64,000 nucleotides of DNA from Mobula hypostoma. Lineage: Eukaryota. Position 1 is the stretch's first letter, and each line of letters begins with the position of its first letter. The notes under the pieces are model-generated. The model saw only the letters and a list, made by a program, of their open reading frames with translations. It ran no database searches and was not told where the DNA came from. A program made the position numbers and the translations under genes. Below, piece after piece: positions 1 through 11,662 of the stretch. The stretch is taken from assembly GCF_963921235.1 (NCBI RefSeq), contig NC_086112.1:38688001-38752000 (forward strand), written 5' to 3'.

Positions 1-394
1 TCCCTTGCTGCAGTTTGTTGGGCCAAAACAGGATATATGCCTGCATGCATAAGCATTTTATTGCTCGTGAGAGTTGAACATAAACATTGAGGCAAAACGA
101 AACTATTAAGAACATTTTGAATTATATACTGTAATTTACGGAAGTACACTGTCAACTCAGAAAAAAGTAGGTAGCATTCAGTAGAATAAAAACCTGCAAT
201 GAACTTAATTATACTTGTTCATCGTTTATATGTGGTTAAAATTATAGCTTTGAAATCTAACTCTGTTGGTGACCATAATTTCCTTTGGTGTCTGCATGTT
301 TTTTTCTTTCAAGGAAATTAGTTTTTCATGGCAAACTGCATGATTTCTTCACAAATCATTTAAATTTTTTTGCAAGTCCTTGCCACCGGAACTG

Positions 395-680
395 GAGTTG
401 GACTGTCATTGGGTGTTGTCTATGTAGAGCTTGAACCTTCTTTCCACAAGCATGTGGGTTTCCTCTGGTTTCTACCCACATCATAAAAATATATTGCCAT
501 GTTGTTTGTCTACCATAAATTGTATCATAGCAATTATTCATGATAAAAATAATTGAAGGGAAGGCAATAGCCCTGAGTGTGAGGGATGATAAGTTGATGG
601 GGTACAGGGAGCATAATTTAATAGCATTGGTAACACAAGGCAACATGGACCTGATTGGCTGAATAGCCTCACTGTGTGTC
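395..680 (+). mobile_element. Degraded V-SINE-like SINE fragment
   Basis: V-domain-like gtgggtttcctctggtttctacccaca followed by a CR1-like tail (ggacctgattggctgaatagcctc). Boundaries approximate. Confidence 0.5.
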
Positions 681-1029
681 AGTACAGGAACTGTAAGATA
701 TACTACCCTCCTGCAGTTTGCTGGACGACCAGGAGGTGGAAATATATAACATCAGTGCCAAAACATGTTGCAGATACTTTAACAGAGGCAATGATAGCTA
801 TTACTAATTTATGAAAAGAGAAACAAATAATTGGCTGAAATTTGAATTGATTTTCTTAAAACTAAAGTGGCCTTCAAAATATTTAAACACAAAGCATGCA
901 GTTAAATTAGTAATTAAATAAAAAGGTAAATTATTGATTGTTAGTCTAACACAGTTAACTGGTTTTATTTGTCCCTGGACTGTGGGTGATATTCAAAGGT
1001 AGACAACAACTTCTGCTCTAACTCCTTCT

Positions 1030-1320
1030 ACAAGGCTGCAGATGATACACCACGTGGGTCATATATCAAATAATGATGTGTCAGAATATAGGAAGGAGAT
1101 GTAGAGCTTAGTAACATGGTGTCAAGACAACAGTTCCCTCAATGGCAGGAAATCAAAAGAGCTGGGCACTGACTTCAGGAAGGGGGCAGTGCACTTTCTC
1201 CTGTTTATATCAATGGTGCTGCGATTGAGTGGGTTGAAAGCTTCAAATTCCTAGGAGTGAACATCACCCATGGGTCTAAGCACTTGGACACCAAAGCCAC
1301 CATTTCCTCAGGAGGTCAAA
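1030..1320 (+). mobile_element. Rex1/Babar LINE RT fragment, degraded
   Basis: gcagatgatac (ADD), tggtgtcaagacaac...aaagagctg...gacttcaggaag (WC..N..KE..DFRK), typical of the Rex-type RT thumb region. Confidence 0.6.
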
Positions 1321-1595
1321 ATATTAGTTATACTTAGATGCTCTAAAGGTATATAATAAGGCACTGCATAAAAGGTTATTGCAGAAAATAAGAAGAGGAG
1401 GAAAGATGGATGTAGATCAAGGTTGGCTAACAGGACATAATAGTGAAGGCATGAATAGATCATTTTCTAGTTGCCAGGCAACTAGATTTCATCTAGAGTA
1501 TACAAGGATGCTGATGTTTTGTTAACTGTTCAAGGACAGTTCACCAGGATGATACCCAAAATGGGTGGGTTGGCTTACAAGGGAAGATTATAAAT

Positions 1596-2270
1596 AGGAA
1601 GAGAAGATGGAACGCCACGCAGCATGCAGCGGCCACTCCAGAATGAATATCTGTAATCTGTCAAGGAGGATGCCCTGCACAATCCTGATTTGATGGAGAT
1701 GGACATGAGAAGCACGGAGGAACATCTGGAGAAACTTCTGAAATGCCTGTTTCGCTGCCGCTGCTACTGTGCAATCCAGAATCTCCGGAGGGGAAGGCCC
1801 CGAATCCTTGGCTTTGCCCGTTGCTTGGCAACCGGGGCTGGGGTTGAAGCGTTCGGCAGAGATGGTGCTCGGTGTCGGAGGGCTGGTCAGAGGCTCGGTT
1901 TTCAGATGGACTCAGAGTCGGCTGTGGTCGGGTGCTTCCAGGGTGCTGCATCTGCAAGTTTGCAGCGCTGGAGGTTCATGGCAGGGAGAGTTTTTCTTCC
2001 TTCTACTGTCTGCGTGAGATGATGGGGCTATTGGGACTTTAAGACTTTTTTTTTACAGTGCCCATGGTCTGTTCTTTATCAAATTACAGTATTGCTTTGC
2101 ACTGTTGTAACTATATGCTATAAATATATGTTTTTTGTCGGTTTTTGTCAGTTTTAGTCTTGGTCTGTCTTGCGTTTCTGTGATATCATACTGGAGGAAC
2201 ATTGTATCATTTCTTAATGCATGCATTACTAAATGAAAATAAACGAGGACTGAGTGTCCTCATAATCTAA
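1596..2270 (+). mobile_element. ~670-bp non-coding interspersed retroposon-like element (copy 1)
   Basis: Colinear with 37685-38320 from gagaagatgg to gcatgcattactaaatga...gtgtcctcataa. CpG-rich 5' half and a short simple-repeat tail. Confidence 0.8.
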
Positions 2271-2902
2271 TTAGATTAGATTCAACTTTATTGTCATTGT
2301 GCCGAGTACAGATACAAAGCCAATGAAATGCAGTTAGCATCTGACCAGAAATGCAAAGAGTAGTGTTATTTACAAAATAACTGCGAATATAAAGTGCTAC
2401 AGCACACAAATATAAAAGTACTGAGACAGTACAATATGGGTGCAATACACTTAACGCTGTGAGGTGAGGTTCAGCAAGGTCACAGCCTCAGGGAAGAAGC
2501 TCTTCCTGTGCCTACTGGTGCAGGAGCGGAGGCTCCTGTAGCACCTACCGGATGGGAAGAAAGTAAAAAGTCCATGGTTAGGGTGAGATGCATCTTTGAT
2601 AATGCTTTTTGCCCTGCCCAGGCAGCGTTTATAGTAGATGTTCTCAATGGCGGGCAACTGGGTGCCGATAATCCACTGAGTAGTTTTCACCACACGCTGG
2701 AGTGCCTTGCGGCCCGATACAGGACAATTGCCATACCACACTTGAGATGCAGTTGGTGAGTATGCTCTCAATGGTACAGCGGTAAAAGTCCATCAGTATC
2801 CTGGGACAGAGGTGAGCTTTCTTGATGCTCCGCAGGAAATAAAGGCGCTATTGTGCCTTTTTGACCGGGATGGAGGAGTTCAAGGACCAGGTGAGATACT
2901 GG
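2271..2902 (-). mobile_element. Rex1/Babar LINE 3' end, 5'-truncated
   Basis: ORF 2451-2771 (WYGNC...KALQRVVK...HPNHGLF...SGR.YRS...SFFPEAV); AATAAA and (AATCT)n tail on the minus strand; very similar to 59171-59777. Confidence 0.85.
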
Positions 2903-3029
2903 AATAGAGCGGAGTAATATAAGGAATGGACTGAAGCATATATAAACATATTCTAAATAAAGTTACTCAAGAAATTAGTCCCCCAGTCCCCAATTTTAAT
3001 TTTTGATGAATCGAGTTCAGCGATCATCA

Positions 3030-3500
3030 TCTCTTAACTAAAATTATATAAATTACTTGAAGAAAACAGAAGACAAGTTAAACAAAGTCCCCAGGATTCC
3101 CTCTGGAGGAACAGTGAGCCACGTGGCCTGGGATAGATACCTTGGAGAATATTTCCTTGGAGACTCTACCCTCATCATTGATGTCTATCCAGACATAAAT
3201 ACCACAGAAGCACTCCCACCCACAAAAATGGAAGAAATCTATGAGCACTGGCTAAGCAATGCCGCTGATTAAGCCAACATTCAGAACTGTCAAGAAACTT
3301 GGAACTTTGTAAATGGTTGACCTGAAACACACTTTTTTAAAACTGATCAAATTTAAAACGTCTGACAATGCAGTTTATAAAAATATGAACCTACCCATCC
3401 AGCAGTCATCTGCACGCTAATTAAGTCACGATTCCTGCATGGGATCTAACATGGCATATGGTGAGTAGGCAATTTCCTCAGCTTAACTATCGGGCTATGT
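3030..3500 (+). mobile_element. Possible highly degraded L1/Tx1 ORF2 C-terminal fragment
   Basis: Broken peptides KLYKLLEE, WDRYLG and LIKFK resemble the L1/Tx1 C-terminal region. Weak. Confidence 0.3.
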
Positions 3501-3859
3501 CAGGAAGTTTACTCCCCGAAGAGTCCGAAGTTGTAAGGTAGACAGGGTATCCAAACCAAACATCTGTTCAAAGTTCATGACCTCTGTTCACACAGGAATA
3601 TCAAAATTCCTGACCTGGGATGAGTAGGACAAATATATTTCCCTGGAGAATTAAGATCAAAGTCAAAATTAAGAGATAAAAATTAGATACAAGACAATTG
3701 TTGAAGTAGTAAAAAAAACTATGTTGGATATTCACTTTATACCCTTGCCTGGCTTTAAACCTGCTGTAACTTTACAGTCATAGAAACCAATCCTTCAGCC
3801 AACCAACGTAAATACCAACCACTGAGTGTGCACCAACCCTCATGCCATTTACCAGTACA

Positions 3860-4290
3860 TGGTCTGTGCCCTTTAATCTCTTGGCATTACATGTGCACAT
3901 AGAGATATTTCTTAATGGCTCCACTCCAAACAACATATTGGTGAATCTCTTTTGCACCCTCTCTAGTGCAATCATGTCCACTAACGTGTGACAGACTATA
4001 TTTCAACCAAAGTTTATAACACTCCACCATGATATCTCTGCTCGTTTATTCCACACCACGGCTGAACCTGCAGAGTGGTAAACATAGCTAGTCTGTCACA
4101 GACTCACCACTTCCTTCCATCCAGTCCATCTTCACAGTACATTATTTCAGGAAGGCTAACAACATTGTCAAGGATACCTACCACCCTGACCATTCCCTTT
4201 TCTCTCTTTTCTATCTCTGGGAGAAGATACTGGTCTTAAATTCCAGACTTCAGAATATGTTTGTCCCCACTGCTATCAGACTTCTGAGTC
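3860..4290. mobile_element. CR1 fragment (-) abutting a Rex fragment (+)
   Basis: ALERVQKRFTNML on the minus strand (ORF 3778-3981), then Rex-like aacattgtcaaggatacctaccaccctgaccat on the plus strand. Confidence 0.55.
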
Positions 4291-6144
4291 AATCACCTCA
4301 TTTGCACTCCCTGCACAGTGGTGTTCTCATGTTCCCATATTCTTAATTCTACCTCTCTCAGTTATACCATTATTCCACTTCAGCATTTCTTTTTCATTAC
4401 TGCTGTTCTTTCCTCTCATCATATTTATTATTACAAAGTACACTGTTTACTCTGTTGGCTTCATGCAAACCATGAATTTCATTGCACGCTCGTGTAATAA
4501 TCTAATCTAATCTGATCTGATCCCTACCCAACCATGTTGCCATCTGAGGGACGCTTCCTTTTGTAAGAAGAGCTCTCTCTATTCTTCAATGCTCCCTGGA
4601 ACCCAAACATTCCCTGTTTCTGTTCTATCCTTACTGGTCATTCCCCAGTTTACTACCTCACACTTATTAGGATCAAGTTACATATGTCATTTCTCTACCC
4701 ATTTTATCAGATGACAAATATCACCCTATATTGCCATCCCTATCATTAACAATACAACTTGAAATGAGGAAAAATAACCTGTGGGTAGTATCAAGTACGA
4801 TGGGGCTCAAATGAAAAAGACCTTAATGTACACTTATGTACACGTGCAAATGTCTTATAAGTCGGGTACCTACCACTTTTGCATAGTACCGTAGTAATTT
4901 TATGTATTGCACTGTACTGCTGCTGCAAAAAACAAATTTCATGACATTTTGCAAGTGATGATAAACTTAATTTTGATATGGTCTCTATTGTGGACTGAGA
5001 GTGAGAAGTGGGGGGGGGGGAGAGAGAGGGGAATCATAGTTGACAAAAGGTGAAGGAAGTGGGAAGCACCAGAGGCATTTTATAACGATCAATAAAGTAA
5101 TTGTTTGGAATCAAAAAACCTTGCCTGGTGTCTCAGGGTTGGGTCTGTCTGCATCCGTGCCACTCCCTAGCTCTGCAATTCTTCTCTACCACCTGGTCCC
5201 ACACCCCTTCACCCTCACCATTCCCAACCTCCTATGCACCCAGTAGATTTACAAACTTGCTGTCTGCTCTACGTTGACAAGTATATTAATGTGCAAAGGT
5301 CTTAGACATCTCTGTGTGTGTATGTGTGTGTGTGTATGCATGTCCATCCTTCTGATGCAGCAAGATCAAATTGATGGTTTTGAACACAGACATTAACACC
5401 TGTGTCCATAATAAAGAGCATGTATTTCACCTATGTCATAGCGAATCTCAGCAGGTAATTTGTCAAAATGCAAAGTCACCAAAAGCTTCTCAAAATAGAC
5501 TTAAAACAAAAAAAAAATCATTTGCAGTATCACATGCTGCAGTAAAAGGTTTTAAGGTACTTTCAAGAAACATTCAAAAATATATTTTCATATATAAAGC
5601 TAAAATCATTAATACATCAAATTTAATGCTCACTTTATACACATAAACACCATAGTTCAAGTATGCTTCAAATCTTTTTTTAACTTAAAAGTTAGATACA
5701 TACAATACAAAAAAAACAAATTACTTTTTCCGTCTTACGTTGTACCCACCACTTCCAGAAACACTTAGGACCTCTCTGTGAACTAAGGAAGTGGAAGCTC
5801 ATGGTGTGGTGCAGATAAACTATCTAAAGAAACATATTCTCTTCAGAACACTTTGAGTCCAATGTAAGGGTGAGAATTTTAATGACATATTAAAACCTCA
5901 AATACACATAAACTGAGAAAGCTGTGATACCAGCCGTAGACAACATTACAGTATGAATTTGACAACCAGTTGGAGAAAATGGGCAGCCCTTGTGAAGGTA
6001 GTGAATTGGAATAAATGGGTCATTTTAGATCCAATAAGAAGTAACTAGTGGAATGACCCAATAGTTAATCTTGGTTATCAGTCACTTAGTAGATATATTA
6101 ACAAATTGGGGGGGCAGAATGTAATATATCCACATTTGCTCATT

Positions 6145-6410
6145 ACAGGGTCACACAGTAGCATAGCAGTTAGCACACTGCTTTACACCGTTGTTCTCTA
6201 AGAAGTTTGTACTCATGAGGGTTTCCTCCCACATTCCAAAGACAAATGCATGCTATACTGGCGCTGGAAGCACAGCAACGCATGCCAAGCTCAGCACAAT
6301 CCTCACTGATTTGATTTGACACAAACGGTGTACTTCACTGTATCGGTGGGGAGCAACTTTGATGTGTGTTACTTCACTGTATGTTTTTATGACAAATAAA
6401 ACTGATCTTC
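6145..6410 (+). mobile_element. tRNA-derived V-SINE-like element with Rex-like tail, degraded
   Basis: Head gtagcatagcagttagcac, ggtttcctcccacattcc and tail cactgtatg...gacaaataaa; same family as 54390-54725. Confidence 0.65.
6344..6369 (+). mobile_element. Penelope pLTR micro-insertion (26 bp)
   Basis: agcaactttgatgtgtgt is identical to the pLTR end at 11641-11658; flanked by the 13-bp direct repeat tacttcactgtat (6331-6343 / 6370-6382). Confidence 0.75.
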
Positions 6411-7123
6411 TGAAAATAAGTGGAGGGCATTCACACTGACAAAATCTGAGACAATCACTTGCAACATAATGGCATTATTGTCAATGGAATAATTTCTAGT
6501 TGATTCAAAGGAATGCTTATTTCTCACACTAAGTTTGTGAATGGAGTTAAAAAATGGATTGCAAAGAGATCCCACTTTGGTGTGCTATTATCTACCAAAG
6601 ATCAAGGTGAAAACAAAGGCTTGTTTTTCTTTGTTAGGCAAAACATTTGACTTGCAATGCAAATGACATTGTCAACTGATCAAAGAAACCTACATCAAAC
6701 TTTGCCATACAATGCCATACAAACTATGATGCTGTTAAATAGCCGGGCAAAAAAGGACACGGTGAAAATCTGACAAATATAAACTATTGGAAACACTCAA
6801 GAGATTAGAATTCATCTCTGGGAAGAGAAACATTGCTAATCTTTCAGGTAAAATTTACTGGAAACAGAAAACAAGATTGTGCTAAATTGTAGATAAGGTG
6901 GAAGAAGGATAGACAGGATGTAGAGAATATCTATGATAGGATAAGATATGAACTGTCATGTTTTTATGTTTTAAACAATCAGTCCAAGGCTAATGGTCAC
7001 AATTAGGAAAAGAGAATAAAAGAAACGAGCGTAAAATGTTTTGGATGCAGAGGTGCAAAGTGTCCAGTAGGCCAGGTTGTGAAAATGCATACTGAAAACT
7101 GAACCAATATCACCAATGGATGA

Positions 7124-8681
7124 CTTAGAACATAGAATGTAGAGCAGTACAGCACAGGAATAGGCCACTTGACCCACGATGTTGTGCCGAACCAGCTAAA
7201 ACACAAATCTAAATCACCCAAACAGTAATCCTTCCTACCTACACCATGTCCATATCCCTCAATCTTCCTTACTTCCATGTGCCTATCTAAACATCTCTTA
7301 AAAGCTTCAAATGTATTTGTCTCTACCATCATACCAGCCAGCACACTCCAAGCATCCTCAACTCTGAGTAAAAAAAACTTGTTCCTCATATCCCCCTTGA
7401 ACGTAAGCCCCCTCACTTTCAAAGCATATCCTCTGGCATTAGACATTTCAACCCTGGGAAACAGATACACTCTGTCCACTCTATTTATGCCTCTCATAAT
7501 CTTATGAACCTCCATCAGATCTCCCCTCAGCTTCCATGCTCCAGAGAAGACAACCCAAGTTTATCCAGCCTCTCCTGACAGCACATGTCCTCTAAACCAG
7601 GCAGCATCCTGATAAGCCTCTTCTGCACCCTCTCCAAAGCCTCAACATCCTTCCTGCAGTGGGACGACCCAAAATGTATACAATATTTCACATGTGGCCT
7701 AACCAGAGTTTTATAAATTTGCAGCATAACCTTTTGACTTTTGAACTCAACGACTCAACAAATAAAAACAAGCATTCCCTAAGCCTTCTTAACCAACTTA
7801 TTGACCTGTGTAGCCACTTTTATGGAGCTATGAACTTGGATTCCAAGATCTCTCTGCTCAGCAACTCCATTAAGGATCTTACCCTTAAGAGAGTACCATC
7901 TCCTTGCACTTGTCCTACCAAGGTGCAACACTTCACAATTGGCGGGGCTGAACTCGATCTGCCATTTCTCAACCCATGTCTGCAACTGATCTATATTGTG
8001 TTGCATTGTGCCAGTCTTCTACACTATCCACAACTCCAACAATCTTGGTATCATCCAGAAACTTACCCACCCATCTATATTTTCACCCAGGTCATTTATA
8101 TACATCACAAACAGCAGAGGTCCCAGCACAGATTCCTGCAGAATACTACTAATTACAGATTTCACTCGAATAGGCCCCACTACAGACATCCCACCTCTCC
8201 CAGAAGTTCTGGGAGTCTCCCGCATATTGATAGCGGCTCCCTGACACCCGCAAATTATATACAATATCCTGGAAATCGATTTTTGAGAGAGCGTGAGAGA
8301 CAGACATAGCAAGAGAGTGACAGAGAGAGCATCCTGATTGGTCTCTCTTTGTGCTAAGTAGACCTATCAGTTTTCTCTATGGGCGGGCTTTACAGTCGAC
8401 CTCTCTCTCTCTCTCTTTCATTGTCCATCAGTTCAGTTTAGTTTCCTGCAGCGCCATGGCAGAGTATTCCAAAAAAAGAAAATAATAATGACAGGGTTGC
8501 TCGCTGCACTGTTTGCAACAGTGACTTTTCTATTGCCCATGGTGGGTTAAGACTGTAAAAGACATGTTGAGGTGAGTTTAACAGGTGTTATTCATTCATT
8601 AGCTTGCAAAAGAAATAGAAAAGCTGTTTGCATTAGCATTTAGCTATTAGCACTGAGACTGCCAACAAAATACTCAACAAG

Positions 8682-8718
<37 letters not shown>

Positions 8719-9290
8719 TAAATAGTTTCAATATATGATCAAATAAATTGTGTTCTTTCATAATCAAATGACCTGTATATATACACCCTTGGAGGTCGAC
8801 CCGGGGGGTGCTACCTCTCCCTGAAATGAGTTTTTGCAGGGTGGGATGTCTGCCACTACCTTCTGTCTTCTATGTGCAAGCCAGTTCTGAATCCATACAG
8901 CCAATTTGTCGTGGATGCCATGCATCTTAATCTCCTGGAATAGCCTCCCATGAGGGACTTTGTCAAATGCCTTATTAAAATCCATGTAGACAACATCCAC
9001 TGCCCTACCCTCATCAAGCTCTCTCGCCATCCTGTCAAAAAAACTCAATCAAGTTGGTAAGGTACGACATGCCATGCAGGTTCTCCCTAATTAGGCCATG
9101 GGTTTCCAAATGCTTTTATATCCTATGCCCAAGAATTTTCTCCAGCAATTTCCCTACAACTGACATGACACTCTGCGGTCTATAGTTCCCAGGATATTCC
9201 CTTGTTTCCTTAAGTATAGATACAACATTAGCCACTTGCCAGTCCTCCAAGGCCTCCCTTGTGGCAAGAAAGGACACAAAGACCATCTAC
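7124..9290 (-). mobile_element. CR1 LINE (RT to 3' tail), interrupted by a DNA transposon
   Basis: Fragmented ORFs VDVVYMDFNKAFDKVPH, SVLGPLLFVMYINDL, LERVQKR; (AGAACAT)-type tail near 7126. Confidence 0.9.
8183..8852 (+). mobile_element. Non-autonomous hAT-like DNA transposon with 6-bp TSD
   Basis: 13-bp TIRs cagacatcccacc / ggtgggatgtctg; TSD ccacta (8177-8182 / 8853-8858); internal remnant MAEYSKKRK and ARCTVCNSDFSIAHGG...DCKRHVE (BED-like zinc finger of hAT transposases); internal (TA)n. Confidence 0.8.
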
Positions 9291-9641
9291 AGCTATCTTG
9301 AAAGGTAAGCAGAAATCAACAATATCAATACAGAGAAAGAGTTATAGAAGAAAATCTGCAACATACGCACGCAGCATGAGATGCTGTCCTCCAAACTTAC
9401 TTTGAGCTTCATTTTATTGATGCAAATAACCACAGAAAGAAGGGCTTGTGTAAAAGAACTGAAGGACTTGGGACCCTGAAAGGTTCTGAACTGCTCGAGC
9501 ATGTTAGGACACACTTTGTAACTTTACCTCTAGACATACACTCAGTCATCACTTTATTGGGTGCATCTGCTCATAAATACAAATAGCTAATCAGGCAATC
9601 ATGAGACCAGCACCTCAATGGATTTATTGTTTAAGAATTTA

Positions 9642-9710
9642 GCAAGTGGCACAAATGCTTCAGATGTCATTCCAGAGTGAAATGACATCTGAAGCATTTG
9701 TGCCACTTGC
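9642..9710. repeat. Perfect inverted repeat: 30-bp stem, 9-nt loop
   Basis: gcaagtggcacaaatgcttcagatgtcatt (9642-9671) is the exact reverse complement of 9681-9710. Confidence 0.95.
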
Positions 9711-9841
9711 AAAATAAGCAATGCCATCCTAATTTAAAAGGCAAGAATATTCTTGTTTGAAAAATAGGAAAAATCAGTAATGTTCCAACTGATTTTAATG
9801 AACAGAAAGTAGATTCTGAAACATGGCCCAACCATTATTAG

Positions 9842-11662
9842 CAAACAACAGGAATTCTGCAGATGCTGGAAATTCAAGCAACACACATTAATCCCCCATC
9901 AGGAAGGTTGGATGTCCAGTCCTTATATACTTCCATCCCCCATCAGAAAGGTCTCAAAGCTCTATGCTTCTTTTTGGATTCCAGACCTAATCAGTTCCCC
10001 TCTACCACCACTTTGCTCCATCTAGCGGAATTAGTCCTTACTCTTACTAATTTCTCCTTTGGCTCCTCCCACTTCCTCCAAACTAAAGGTGTAGCTATGG
10101 GCACCCGTATGGGTCCTAGCTATGCCTGCCTTTTTGTTGGGTTTGTGGAACAACCTATGTTCCGTGCCTACTCTGCTATCTGCCCCCCACTTTTCCTTCG
10201 CTACATCGACGACTGCATTGGCGCTGCTTCCTGCACGCATGCAGAACTCGTTGACTTTATTAACTTTGCCTCCAACTTTCACCCTGCCCTCAAGTTTACC
10301 TGGTCCATTTCCGACACCTCCCTCCCCTTTCTAGATCTTTCTGTCTCTGTCTCTGGAGACAGCTTATCCACTGATGTCTACTATAAGCCTACTGACTCTC
10401 ACAGCTATCTGAACTATTCCTCTTCTCACCCTGTCTCTTGCAAAAACGCCATCCCCTTCTCGCAGTTCCTCCGTCTCCGACGCATCTGCTCTCAGGATGA
10501 GACTTTTCATTCTAGGACGAGGGAGATGTCTTCCTTTTTTAAAGAAAGGGGCTTCCCTTCCTCCACTATCAACTCTGCTCTTAAACGCATCTCCCCCATT
10601 TCACGTACATCTGCTCTCACTCCATCCTCCCGCCACCCCACTAGGAATAGGGTTCCCCTAGTCCTCACCTACCACCCCACCAGCCTCCGGGTCCAACGTA
10701 TTATTCTCCGTAACTTCCGCCACCTCCAACAGGATCCCACCACTAAGCACATCTTTCCCTCCCCCCCTCTCTCTGCATTCCGCAGGGATCGCTCCCTACG
10801 CAACTCCCTTGTCCATTCGTCCCCCCCATCCCTCCCCACTGATCTCCCTCCTGCCACTTATCCTTGTAAGCGGAACAAGTGCTACACATGCCCTCACACT
10901 TCCTCCCTTACCACCATTCAGGGCCCCAAACAGTCCTTCCAGCTGAGGCAACACTTCACCTGTGAGTCGACTGGGGTGATATACTGCATCCAATGCTCCC
11001 GATGTGGCCTTTTATATATTGGCGAGACCCGACGCGGACTGGGAGACCGCTTTGCTGAACATCTACGCTCTGTCCGCCAGAGAAAGCAGGATCTCCCAGT
11101 GGCCATACATTTTAATTCCACATCCCATTCCCATTCTGACGTGTCTATCCACGGCCTCCTCTACTGTAAAGATGATACCACACTCAGGTTGGAGGAACAA
11201 CACCTTAAATTCCGTCTGGGTAGCCTCCAACCTGGTGGCATGAACATCGACTTCTCTGACTTCCGCTAATGCCCCACCTCCCCCTCGTACCCCATCTGTT
11301 ACTTATTTTTATGCACACATTCTTTCTCTTACTCTCCTTTTTCTCCCTCTGTCCCTCTGAATATACCTCTTGCCCATCCTCTGGGTCCCCCCCCCTTGTC
11401 TTTCTTCCCGGACCTCCTGTCCCATGATCCTCTCGTATCCCCTTTTGCCTATCACCTGTCCAGCTCTTGGCTCTATCCCTCCCCCTCCTGTCTTCTCCTA
11501 TCATTTTGCATCTCCCCCTCCCCCTCCAGCTTTCAAATCCCTTACTCACTCTTCCTTCAGTTAGTCCTGACGAAGGGTCTCGGCCTGAAACGTCGACTGC
11601 ACCTCTTCCTACAGATGCTGCCTGGCCTGCTGCGTTCACCAGCAACTTTGATGTGTGTTGCT
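9842..11662 (+). mobile_element. Penelope-like retroelement, 5'-truncated (RT + GIY-YIG endonuclease + pLTR), with inverted pLTR tail at the 5' junction
   Basis: Open frame to 11269 with GVAMGTRMGP, RYIDD and GVIYCIQC...LYIGETRR...RFAEH; 14-bp TSD ccaaccattattag (9828-9841 / 11663-11676); 9842-9888 is the inverted pLTR tail. Confidence 0.95.
11563..11598 (+). ncRNA. Minimal type I hammerhead ribozyme motif in Penelope pLTR
   Basis: agtc-CTGACGA-agg gtctcgg cct-GAAA-cg-TC|gact: stem I agtc/gact, short stem II, palindromic ACGT stem III, GUC cleavage triplet. Hammerheads are known in Penelope pLTRs. Confidence 0.8.

Noticed and set aside
1661-2022. Overlapping GC-rich ORFs here and at 37647-38160 as a novel protein family
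   Set aside because: Frames are not preserved between the two copies; they are by-products of a GC-rich repeat.
9863-9910. Met start of the 468-aa ORF as a real initiation site
   Set aside because: The N-terminus comes from the inverted pLTR tail and a short duplicated piece; the RT is 5'-truncated.
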